27,588 nucleotides of DNA from Paecilomyces variotii (taxonomy: Eukaryota): assembly GCA_004022145.1 (NCBI GenBank), contig RCNU01000040.1; one strand, 5' to 3'. Positions 1 through 10,812 of this stretch are shown here, piece after piece. The notes beneath the pieces were generated by a model. The model ran no database searches. It was not told the origin of the DNA and worked only from the letters and a program-made list of their open reading frames with translations. The translations under genes and the position numbers were made by a program. The first letter of the stretch is position 1. Each line of letters starts with the position of its first letter.

Positions 1-1488
1 AAATTAATAATCCTTGAAATTAGTATTAAGTCTCTATCCCCCTTAAAACCATTTCTAATAGTCCATACTAATACTCCAGTATTTAAGGTTATTATTACTA
101 TTTATAAGTATTTTTAACCTTTTTCTAAAGATATTATCTTCTACACTCCTCAGCCCTATTATATTTTATACTTTTTTAATATAAACTTAGCATATAATAG
201 CGGGTTTAATCTTTTCTTCCTTTAAAAGTTCTAATATTTCTTCGCCTTTCAGGTTAATAATAGCCTTTTCTATTAATATAGATATGCTAATCTTATATTT
301 ATATCCTTTTTTTAGCTATTTCCCCTTATCTTAAGTCTTAAGCTTCTTTCCCCTTTTAGCTTCTTAGGACTCTTAATCCTTTTCTTCCCTTTCTCCTTCT
401 CCTCTATACTTTCCTCTTCTTTATCTAATATTAGATTTATTAATAAGCTCTCACCCAAATCTTTTATCTAATATTCTTCCTTTTCTTCTATAATCTCCTC
501 TAGAAGATTATTCTCCCCTACTCTTATTCTAACCTCTTATAGTTCTTTATTAATAGGCTTTTAAAAAATCAGTCCTTCTCCGCCAAGGGCTTTTCTTAAG
601 ATATCTCTTACCTTTCTAATATTAATTAGTTAAAGGCTCTTTTTAATTAGTATTCCTTATCTCCCAATATTATAAAGTCTATTAACCTATACTTTTGCTA
701 AATATATAACTACTATTCTCTAGTCTCTAATACCAGAAGCTAATCCTCTTATAACTACTAAGGTCTAGTATAACTATCTAATAATTAACAAGACTTAGTC
801 TATAGTCTCCTAGCCCTATTTTTCTATAGCTTTATAATAACCTTTATCAGCATATTTATAATTCTTTTCTGCTTATATTTTTAATTCTTTTAGCTTATTA
901 ATAGCCAGCATTTCTTTCTTTCTTACTTCTTCTAATAGCTCTTATTAGTTTAGGAAATTATAAAAATTATTAACTACTTTATTATGCCTGCTTTAAAAAT
1001 TCAAAATAATTGCTACTATATCGCTTATAAACTAAACCTTTTCTTCCTTATTATTAGCCTTACTTATTATTTCCTTTATGAGATTACAAATTTCACTAAC
1101 TGTAATATATATATATATATTCTAAATTAAAGAGCTTTATCCTGACAGACAATATTTTATATTTCTAGTATATTTTTTTCTATTTTTAATATATATCTTT
1201 GCAGAGTAACTCTTCGAAATAGTTTCTAAATAAAAAAATATACTTAAAAGATAAGATAAGATTAAGTTTAGCTTAATTTAGTCTTTAGTCACTTCCGCTG
1301 TAGTATTATATAATATAAAAAATAAGGTTTTTATAATAAGATAAGAATTCTTTATTTATTATTTATATTCTTTATCTGATATTTTCTATTTTTGGCTTTG
1401 TTTATAGACTTTTTTAAGGTATTTAAGCTAATATCACATATTTTTCAATTATCTCTCTTTTTCTTCTTTCTAGATTATTATCAGGCAT
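1..1488 (-). pseudogene. Extra ORF of unknown function downstream of integrase in element A (RIP-damaged, runs off the window)
   Basis: One frame from about 1106 to 1 reads protein-like with only RIP-type stops (ELLEEVRKKEMLAINKLKELK; VRDILRKALGGEG; Glu/Lys-rich tract; RLNPLLYAKFIL...KYWSISMDY). Candidate ATG at 1488 (MPDNNLERRKRE) is in a different frame, with the shift near the (TA)n run at 1105-1120. The 5' end is uncertain. Confidence 0.6.
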
Positions 1489-1657
1489 CTTTAAATCCTT
1501 CCTCTCCCCTAAAGAAAACGCCCTTATCTTAAGTTTACCCTCCTTCTCTTCCTATTATAGCACTAATACTTATTTTATTATTATTCTTCTATTTCTTCTC
1601 CTTCTAAACTAACTCCTTATTTAGCATTAAACTTACTTTACTGCTAGCTTTCTATTT

Positions 1658-1691
1658 CCCTCCTTTTAAACTAACATTTTTAAAAGGAGGG
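1658..1691. repeat. Perfect 13-bp inverted repeat (hairpin) at the end of element A pol
   Basis: ccctccttttaaa (1658-1670), 8-nt loop, tttaaaaggaggg (1679-1691). Confidence 0.85.
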
Positions 1692-4600
1692 TGCTAGAAT
1701 AACAACTGTATATTCTAATCTAAGTAATATCTAGTTAATATTATCTTTATTATTACTTAGTTGCTGATTTTTTTGCTCAGGTACTATATTATTACTTATA
1801 GCTAGTATTTTATTTTAATCTTCTTATAAATAATAGCCTTTTAAGCAATTCCTATAAATCAGATCCCTAAAAAGCATACTATCTAACTCCTTAAGCTTAT
1901 AGGATCTTTTCCTAAGAACTTCTTTAATCTGATATAATCTAAACCAGTAGTATACCAGTTTTGCAGAATAAAACATCTCGAGCTTTATATTATAAAGCAG
2001 AACAAGCTATCCTTCTGTTAATTATTCTTCGCGAAGCTGTTTCTTATTATTAAAGACTTCCTTACTAGCTTCTTTTATATATTAGACACAAAGTCAGGCC
2101 TCTTCTATATTTTAGTCTCTGAGCTTTATCTATTATACGCGAAGGAGTAAAAGATCTTCTATAATCCTAACCTTATCCTATGCTAAAGTCTTCTAGGTAG
2201 GCATTTCCAATTCAATTGGCAATACAGCATTATATCCTATAATTGCTCTAAATAATATTAAGCCTATAGAGGTCTTAACTATATTCCTATCTGCCTAGAT
2301 TATTGCTAATAGATAGTTTATCTAATTTACTTCTATTCTTTTTGCAAGTTTTCTGATATTATATATAAAGGACTTATATATAACTTTAACTGCTCTATTT
2401 GCTTATAGATTATATAGTATAACCTTAATATAGTTAATTTTATATTTTTATACTAGTATATTAACTACAGCTTTATTCTCTAATCTATTATTATTAATAA
2501 GAGTCTCTATTATTCTTTAATAACAAATCTAGTCTTCCTACAGGAATTTAATAATAGCTCCTAAAATAGGATTATTAAGTATTTTATATTTTATTTAGCT
2601 AAAGTCATCTTAAAATACTATAATATAAGTTTTTCCTTTGCTAGGTAATATAATCTTATAAATATCTAAATAGAGCTTTAACTATCCTAACAAAATAAAA
2701 GTAGACTATAATACCTCTTTAGTATATTCTTTATCTACCTTTTAATATTTATTACATATTTTTACCTATTAAGCAATATATTTATATAGGCCCTTCTACT
2801 AATATTAATCAGTTATCTTTTAATAAATTGCTTTATACTTATAATATCTATGCTCTTTATAAAGGGCTATAAGAATTTCTTTTTACTTTTTCTTATTGTC
2901 AACAATTATACAATAAGGCTAATTTTATTATACTCTTTAGAAAAGCATACTATTTTATACTATATACTTTAGGGCCTCTTTTTTAAACTTGGCATACTAT
3001 CCTCTATCTATATTATCTAATTTTATTATAGTTTATAACTATTCCGCAATTAATAAAGACTTTTCTAACTAATACAATATAGGTATTAACTAAGAGATAT
3101 TATCTAATTCTACTTCTTGCACGCTAGTATAATAAACTATATAAAACTATAGGTCTAGGAATTCCTCTATATTATTATCTTCTACCTCTTCTAGGTCTCG
3201 CTCTATTACTAGCTTCTAAGATAACCTATCTACAATTAAGTTCTTTTTCTCTAATATATAGATAATATCAAAGTCAAATAGCTAAATCTAAGTAATCTAC
3301 TAAGCAATTACTAACCTAAGGAAGTCTATAGCTATCCTATTTAATTATATAACTAGAGTTTTTATATCTACCTCCAGTTAAAAGTATATACTATATAGAT
3401 ATATTTAAAATTTATAAAACACCTTTAGTACTACCCTACACTCTAGCTTTCTTCTATTATATTATCTCTCTACCTATATCTATACTCCACTTTTATATCT
3501 GGCTAAATATCTCTTATTAGACTCTTTTTCTTCTTAAGCAAGTTATATCCCCTATCTATTACTATTGGCATTAGTATTAATAATAATTATGCCTTCCTTT
3601 CTATAATTAATTAGTTTAAGTGCCAGTACTATTATTAGGGCCATTTTTAAGATATCTATTACTTCTTATTATTCCAGCCCTTAAAGAAAGTCTTATCCCT
3701 TCTTTAATATTAAGTATATTAGCTCAGCTTTAATAGCATATCCTTTAATCTATATCTAGTAATAGGCTATAACCCCCAGAAATTCTCTCGCTTTCTACAA
3801 GTTCTAACAAAATAGCTACTTTAAGATTTTAATTACCTTAACTAACTCAAGATATCTCCCCTTAATATTATATATATAGCCTACTACTTTAATTCTTAAT
3901 ACTATAAATTATAATTTCTCCCTAATAATTATTAAATCTGCAAATTTAAGACTATATAGTACCTTATCAATATTCTAGATATATTTAAATATAAACCTTC
4001 TAATTCCCGGCAGCATCTCTTCCCCCCTATAATTAGTCTTAGGTCCTTATATCAGCGCATTATCTAGAAATATATTATAGATATTAGGAATATTATCTGC
4101 CAGTACTCTTATAACTCCTTATATAAACTCCTATACTATATTTATCTATCTTTAAGATAGTCTGGCTTAATAAACTAAACTAATCCCTAGCATATAGAAA
4201 GCTATTAAGTCCTGCAATTCCTTAGCTAACTCTAACTAATTATACCTAGAGAATAAGTCTATAAATATTAATACCAGCATTCCACTAAACTCTTCTAAGA
4301 ACTTATTAATTAAAGGGGGCAGATTAATATCTTATATTATTACTTAATTGACTTCTATAGCTATATTAATCAGCCAATATTTATTACTTTTCTTTTTTAC
4401 CAGAAACCATAGATTTTGGTAAGATCTTTAACTATATTTAAAGATTCCTATATTTATCCTCTTTTTTATTATTCCTTGCGCTATACTATAGAGTGCCTTT
4501 AATACTAAAAAGCTCTTCGCCTGCCATAATTTATAATCTATAATCTAAATAATAATTAGAGATATAACTTCTAGATATATTTATCTAATCTCTTTAAAGA

Positions 4601-5140
4601 TCTAAGTAAAAACTGCTTTTTAGGTAAAAAACACCTCTGTTAATAATTCTTTCTCTTTTAGCTATAAATTATCACCTATAATAAGATTCTTCAGACAGTC
4701 TAGTATTAGTCTCATTCCTCTCTTAATATCTGATATCTTTAGCTAGATATATTTAGCAAATCCTCTATATATTTCTTTTATACTTCTTTGGAGGTTCTTA
4801 TAATAGCACTCCCTAATAACTTCTTTTTATTCCAATAACCCCCCTAGAGCTACTATAAGTCTATTCAATATATTTGCTAAATAAACCTTTTTATATTTCT
4901 TTTTATACTATATATTAACAGAATATTTCATTTTTATAATAAAAAGGTCACACCTTCTAGATAATCTATACCCCTATAATCTTCCAACTCCTTTATTTAA
5001 TTTAATAGGTTTAAATATTCCTACCCCTTTATTTTTAATTTCTTCGCTCGCTCTAAAGCTAATATTATTTACTAAATATAGCTCCCGCAGGCCTTCTCTA
5101 TTCCTAGTTTAATATTTATTATTCCTTTCCAACTCTAGTT
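1680..5140 (-). pseudogene. pol: Element A Pol (RT-RNase H-integrase), RIP-inactivated
   Basis: One frame: YQNLWFLVKKKSNKYWLIN (about 4370-4425); DLFSRYN*LEL (about 4230-4260); FLDN-ALI*GPKT (FLDD at 4059-4070); LPGIRRF; RNase H RYKSGV*...KLECR (about 3430-3510); HHCC remnant (about 2750-2865); VLPIELEMPT (about 2200-2225); SYKLKELD (about 1880-1905). Confidence 0.93.
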
Positions 5141-7357
5141 TAATAATTCTTATATTTAAGATAATAGATTACACAATACCTCTTCTCTTAATTTATTTTT
5201 TAGGTTATTTATTAAAAATACTTATACTACTGCCCAATTCTTTTAGTCTATAAAATAAATTATACTTTCCACTGTTCTATCAGATAAGGCTATATATCTT
5301 AGGCATACTTAATATTTGAACAGTTATCCTAGGACGCAGTTATAATTAATCCTATTATTCACTATAAAAAAAAAGACCTTATAATAGAAGGATCCTACCT
5401 GTATAGATACCTCTTTACAAAGACCTATAAAAGGAGTTTATCTGCCATCTATTAAAATTATATTACCCCTAAACTTCTAGCTTATAATAAGCTTATAGTA
5501 ATTTGCTACATCTCTATATATTATATTAATTTTGGCTCCGCTGTCCACTATAATATTTTATAGCTCTTTATACCTATTAATTTTAATAGGCAGTTTTAGA
5601 GTTATAGCCGCGTATAGTATCTTATTATTGTTAAGAGGCTTAAGTTATAATAATATATAAGTATACTAATCTGAACTATTTACTATATACTCTATATTAA
5701 ATACTAAAATATTAAACTATATAGCTTTAGAGTTATAGAATAACACTTTAATTGTTACTAGTTACAGTTAAAAGATAAATAAGGCTTTATAAAGCCCAGA
5801 AGACAATCCAATAAGATCCCTAATAAATATTTAAACCCCAGTATCTAGAATCTAGTTTATAATACCTATTATATCTATAATCCCCTTCAATTCATTTACT
5901 ACTTTAAACTTTCTTAGAGATAGTTTTTCTCTCATCTTAGTTATCTTCTTGCTTTTACCCAGTTCAGATACTTCTTTTATATCTTTATTTATTACTCTTA
6001 CTTGCTTAATTATATTTAATAGCTAATAATTGCCAAACTAATTTATTTTAACTAAGGGGAATCTTTACTCTTATTTAATTGCTCTTTATAATTTTTCCTT
6101 ATATTATTATTTAATCCTACTCTGTCTCTTTTTTATTCCTTAAGATTTCTCTAATCTTATTATATTAACTAAATAATAATCTTCTATAATATCTTTAGCT
6201 TCTTCTTTAGAGCTTAAGTTATTACCAGTCTATCCTAACATAATAGACTATATATTATATCTAATTAAACTAACTTATTTTTATTCCTCCTTTAATCTCT
6301 ATTTAATAATTACCTTTTATAATATATTTCCCTAGATAAGGCAGATAACTTCTCTATTCTGCCCTTCTAGTCTAAAATAAAGTTTATAATCTTCTTTCTA
6401 ATAAACAAGTTTCTAGTTTAAGAGGTTCTTTAAATCTAGATAATAAAGTCAAATATAATTAAAAGTCTAGCAGAAGTTATATAAGTTTAAAAAAATTCTA
6501 GATCCTCTAGCTAGTGCAAATCCCAAAGATACTCTAGCTTATATATTTATATCAGCATTAGGCATATTATTATTAGGCCTTCCCATATATTATATACTAT
6601 ATAGTTTCAACTTCTTAAACTCTTTTATTAACTAATTAATCTATAACTGCTCTATTAACTTTACTTTAATACTCTATTATTTAATCCTACTCTTATTCTT
6701 ATCTAGATAGGTTTTATTAGGTTTAATAAAAAATCACATATTATCTTCTTTAGTTACCTTCTCCTTTGCTAAAGCTACTATATCTTAATCTTTCTCTAAT
6801 TCTCTATTGTTAAGATAGTAAAGGGTTTTAATTATTCTTACCCTATCTATTATCTTCTTATAGAAATTAATATATTTAATAATAGACAGAGTATAGTAGT
6901 CTATATTTAACTCTTAAACCATTTACTGCTTAAGCTCCTCTAAAAGTCCTTAAAGATATTAAACTCTCTATAAATATCAGCTTAACTTATCTAAAGTTAT
7001 CAGCATTTCTAATACTATTTAATATTCTTAATTATATTCCTTTAGATCCTTAGAGCTATTATATTTCATATTTTTAAACCTTTCTAGCTATTAGATATTA
7101 TATTTCCTTTAATATTTATTATAATAGGCATACTCTTATTTAATTGCTTTTGCCAGTTTTGGGTAGTTCTTCTCTTTATATTCAGGTTAAGTACTTATCT
7201 ATAATAACACCAACAGGCTATAATAGTCTATAAACTATTCAGCTTTTTCTTCTTCTAAGAATTAATTCACCTTATATAACCTTTTAAAAAGCCTTAGATA
7301 ATAAATAATATTATCCCCTTTAAAATATAGTATCCCAGGATTTCTAGGTATCGGCAT
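5135..7357 (-). pseudogene. gag: Element A Gag-aspartic protease ORF, RIP-inactivated (may start further upstream, to about 7850)
   Basis: MPIPRNPGILYFKGDNI at 7357; CX2CX4HX4C remnant at about 6440-6481; VDSGAKINI with D at 5543-5545; CVLG*LF at about 5320-5340; ends TTA AAC TAG at 5135. All share one frame. Confidence 0.85.
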
Positions 7358-7882
7358 CTATAAAGCCAATATAACCTAGATTAGCTATACTTTTAATAAT
7401 CCTGCATTTTCAGATGCCTAAACTATTTATATCTCCAGACCTAGCAATATTAAGGAGCTAAAAGTCCTTCTATCTTAACTAATGCCAAAAAAATCAGTAT
7501 TTTTCTTTATATTTTTCTAAAAGAATAGTAATAAAGATAATAGTAAAAAGTTCTTCTATTTTTTAATAAATAATTCTTGTTTAATACTTTTCTATTCTTT
7601 CTAAATTTCTGCTTCTCTTTTATATCTGCTAAGCTCTTCCTTATATTTAGCAGTCCTTCCTTTCTCTCATTACTAATATATATTTTTATTTTATATTATA
7701 TTTGCTATCTCTGCTAATTTAAAAGATATATTTATCTCTTTTTATTTATAGTAGTAATCTTCTTTAGCTATTTTGCTTATCTTTTTACCGCTTCTTATCC
7801 CTTCCTTCAGCTTTAGCCTTAACCTTAGCTTTTAATTCTCCTTTCTCCCTTATTTCTATTTAATATTTTAACGCCCCCTATA

Positions 7883-7892
7883 TTTGGCTCCA
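7883..7892 (-). promoter_or_regulatory. Putative tRNA primer-binding site of element A
   Basis: Minus strand TGGAGCCAAA, 6 nt downstream of the LTR end, complementary to a tRNA 3' end ...UUUGGCUCCA. The cognate tRNA was not identified. Confidence 0.55.
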
Positions 7893-7898
7893 ATTTAT

Positions 7899-8222
7899 TA
7901 TAGGATAATATATTAAGACTTAATATAGAGTCTTTGAGCGAGTAGGTATTAAAAAGAAAAAGAAAGGTATTTAATTTTAGAGCTCAGAGTAGAGCTAGAG
8001 GAGAAGCTCTAGCTGCGAACTAATATAATAAACCAATAATAATCTAATGCTAAACTGATACTAAATAATAATAAAAAGATAAAGCTAATTATTTCTTTCT
8101 GAATAACTGAAAGGTCTTATGTTATTCCTCTCCTGCTTTTCTTATAGACTTTTAAAGACTTTAAGTAGAAGCACATAACCTCTTGACTAATTACATTCTT
8201 CACGCCGATTCTCCCTACTACA
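7899..8222 (-). repeat. 5' LTR of element A (about 324 bp)
   Basis: Minus strand begins TGTAG at 8222 and ends CTATA (RIP form of CTACA) at 7899. It adjoins the PBS-like site and GC drops abruptly after 8222. The partner LTR is not in the window. Confidence 0.65.
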
Positions 8223-8958
8223 CTATTATTTTTAACTCCTTAAAAAAAATAAAAAGTATTAAAAAATTTTATAAGTAAATAAATTAATATATTTATTTTA
8301 ACTAAAGTTAGAATAAGATTTAATTAAAATTTTAAATTAAGATATAGAGACTAATAAGATAAATAATATATTTTAAAAAAATAGTATAAATAATAATAAT
8401 AAAGGTAAGTTATTTTTTTTATTAATTATATTATTAAATAATTATAATAATATTATTATTATAAATATAGAAGTAAGGCTAAGTTTTTAATTTAAGTTTA
8501 AGTTTTTTAATTTAGCTCTAAATAAACTATCTTAATAATATTTACTTAATATATAAGAAATTAACTTAAGTTAAAAATAAAATAATTAAGTTTTTTTTAA
8601 ACTAATAATATAATCTCTATTTTTAAATTAAATTATTTAAGAGTAGTTTTTTTTCTAATAATAAGAATTTATATTATTTAAAAACTTTATCTTTAACTTA
8701 AGTTAGAATAGATTCTATTAATAGAATAAAAATTAATTCTTAAAGATTTAATTTAAATTAATATAACTATTACTTCTTATTTTTATTTTAAGATAATAAT
8801 TAAAAATAGAAAAATAAGATTATAAAGATAAAGACTATAAAATAAAAGAAAAAAATAATATATCTTAATAATTTAGGCTAGCTCTATAATAACTTAAGAT
8901 ATAAATATATTTAAGTAAGAATTTAACTTAAGTTAAAATACTATAGATATTATATTAT
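8223..8958. mobile_element. Heavily RIP-degraded segment, probably the upstream part of hAT element D split by insertion of B
   Basis: Same extreme AT content as 22987-25870, shares the TTAACTTAAGTTA(A/G) motif with it, and joins to it when B and one TSD copy are removed. No protein motif recognised. Confidence 0.45.
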
Positions 8959-9091
8959 TATTATAGATAATAACCCCTAAGTCTCGAGGGTTATATAACC
9001 TGCCGGTTATATAATACCCAGTATACTTAAATATCTTTAATCTTCAGATTTCTTCTAATCCTTAATAAGAAAACCTTTAATTATTATATTA
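8959..9091 (+). repeat. 5' LTR of element B
   Basis: Direct repeat of 22849-22981 with 18 transition-only differences. TA...TA ends are RIP forms of TG...CA. Confidence 0.9.
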
Positions 9092-9494
9092 TTATTTTCT
9101 TATTTTTTTTATTATTTTTTTATTATCTTATAATCTTAAAGGCTCTAGATTATTAAATAAACCTTTAGACTTATACTATAAACTGTAAAGAACCCTAATA
9201 AACTATAGCAAACTATAGCTTATTAAGATAAACTATAGATAATTATAACTCTAGATAACTATAATTTTAAAAAGCTATAGCTTTATAATTTATTAGAAGA
9301 CTATAATAAATTAAGATAAATTATAACTTATTATAATTATAGATAATAAGACCTTACTATAATAATTTATATATAATTATAAGATTAGGTAAAATAGCTA
9401 ATCTTTAACCTATAGATAATAGGGGGACTAGCCTTAGTATTAAGAATCTTATAATTTCTTTAAGCTAATAAGAGCTAATTAAAAACTACTAATA

Positions 9495-10812
9495 ATAGCA
9501 GAATTCTTTATAAAATAATAATTATAGGCAGTAATATAAAATATCTTTAATAATAGCAGAAATATAAGACTAAGATTATATAGAGAATTTAATAAATAAT
9601 ATAATAGTAAGAGTAATAGAATTATTTAGCCGCCTATAGAAGAGTTAGTAAAAATTATTAGCCTTAAGAGAGAATAATAATGCCTTATTATAGCAGTTAT
9701 ATATCCTTAATATTTAGCTATATATCTAGCAGCTATATATTTAGCAGCTATATATCTAGTAGCTATATATTTAGTAGCCTTATATCTAGCAGCTATATAT
9801 TTAGTAATTATATATTTAATAGTTATATATTTAGCAGTCTTAGTCTAAGTAAATAATAGCATTTTAAATATAAATATAAAAGCTTTAATAGTAACTAAAG
9901 GCCTTAATTTAATAAGAATAAGTATAAAATATAGTATAATCTAATAATAATAGTAATAGTTAAAATTTAGGACTTTTTATAATATTAATTAATAAAAAGC
10001 TTAAACTTTAATATCTAGAAGTATTTAATAGCTTAATAAAAGAACTTAAATATTAAATTATAGAATTTAATAAATAGCTAAAGAATAAGGCACTGCATAA
10101 TATTAAAGAGTAAGCTTTTTACCTTTATTTATATATAAAGAGTAAAATAAAGAAATAGCTAATAATATTAAAGATTAATAACCTAGAGAATCTAATATTC
10201 TAGAATTATACACTATTATACTATTAGCTATTAGACTATTATAGACTAGTAAATATTAAGATTATTACTACTTAGAGAATATTTAACCTCTAATAATATT
10301 TTAACTAACTGCTATAAGATTTTATTAATAAATTTAAAACTATTATAATAGATCTAGATTAAAATAATATAGCTTTAAGTAATATATTTAGCTATAAGCT
10401 TATACTATATATTATTTATAAGGTTTATTAAGAGTATTTTATATATCTTTTAGCTTTATATATAGAATAAAAGCATACTATTTAGCAGGCGGAGGTTTAT
10501 ATATAAAAAGGAAAATACTATATAGAATAATTATCTTAGGGCTATTATAATTACTTTAAGGCAATTAAAGCATTTAATATATAAAGCTAATTATTTAATA
10601 GAGAAATAATAATAGAGACTAAAGATTAAGAATAAGACTATAAATAATTACTCTAGATATCTTATAAAAATAAAAGATATAATTTACTAAATAAGGAGTA
10701 GAAGAGATAGTATAATAAGGGCCTTTATTTAAGATATAGAGAAAAAGGCTATTAAAAGAAGTAATATTTAAAGGCTTTTTAATTAGCAGAGAGTATAAGT
10801 ATAAAAAACTAA
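9495..10812 (+). pseudogene. gag: Element B Gag, RIP-inactivated (start approximate)
   Basis: CX2CX4HX4C remnant at 10726-10767 (YLRYREKGY*KK*Y). Ends A AAA AAC TAA (10803-10812), a -1 slippery heptamer. Confidence 0.75.
9719..9838 (+). repeat. 8 x 15-bp tandem repeat within element B gag
   Basis: Unit tatatat(c/t)tagcagc. In frame L-Y-I-*-Q, probably P-Y/H-V/I-Q-Q before RIP. Confidence 0.9.

Larger units (their letters stand above)
1..8222 (-). mobile_element. Element A: Ty3/Gypsy LTR retrotransposon relic with no recognisable chromodomain; 3' LTR lies beyond the left edge
   Basis: Minus-strand domain order Gag-CCHC-PR-RT-RNaseH-IN, with an LTR-like segment and PBS-like motif upstream of gag. 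Confidence 0.93.

Noticed and set aside
100-205. Cys cluster (C*VY...EEC) suggesting a zinc-binding domain in element A's extra ORF
   Set aside because: It lies in a different frame from the continuous, nearly stop-free frame and needs several assumed reversions.
1105-1120. (TA)n microsatellite as a functional site
   Set aside because: Expected by-product of RIP plus slippage; relevant only as a likely frameshift point.
1495-1525. PPT-like tract marking the start of element A's 3' LTR
   Set aside because: The following sequence does not match the 7899-8222 LTR.
7866-7892. tRNA gene fragment (gccccctatatttggctcca)
   Set aside because: No cloverleaf upstream; better explained as the PBS complement.
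9719-9838. Regular repeat array as a CRISPR
   Set aside because: Units are contiguous with no unique spacers, lie in frame within gag, and the context is eukaryotic.
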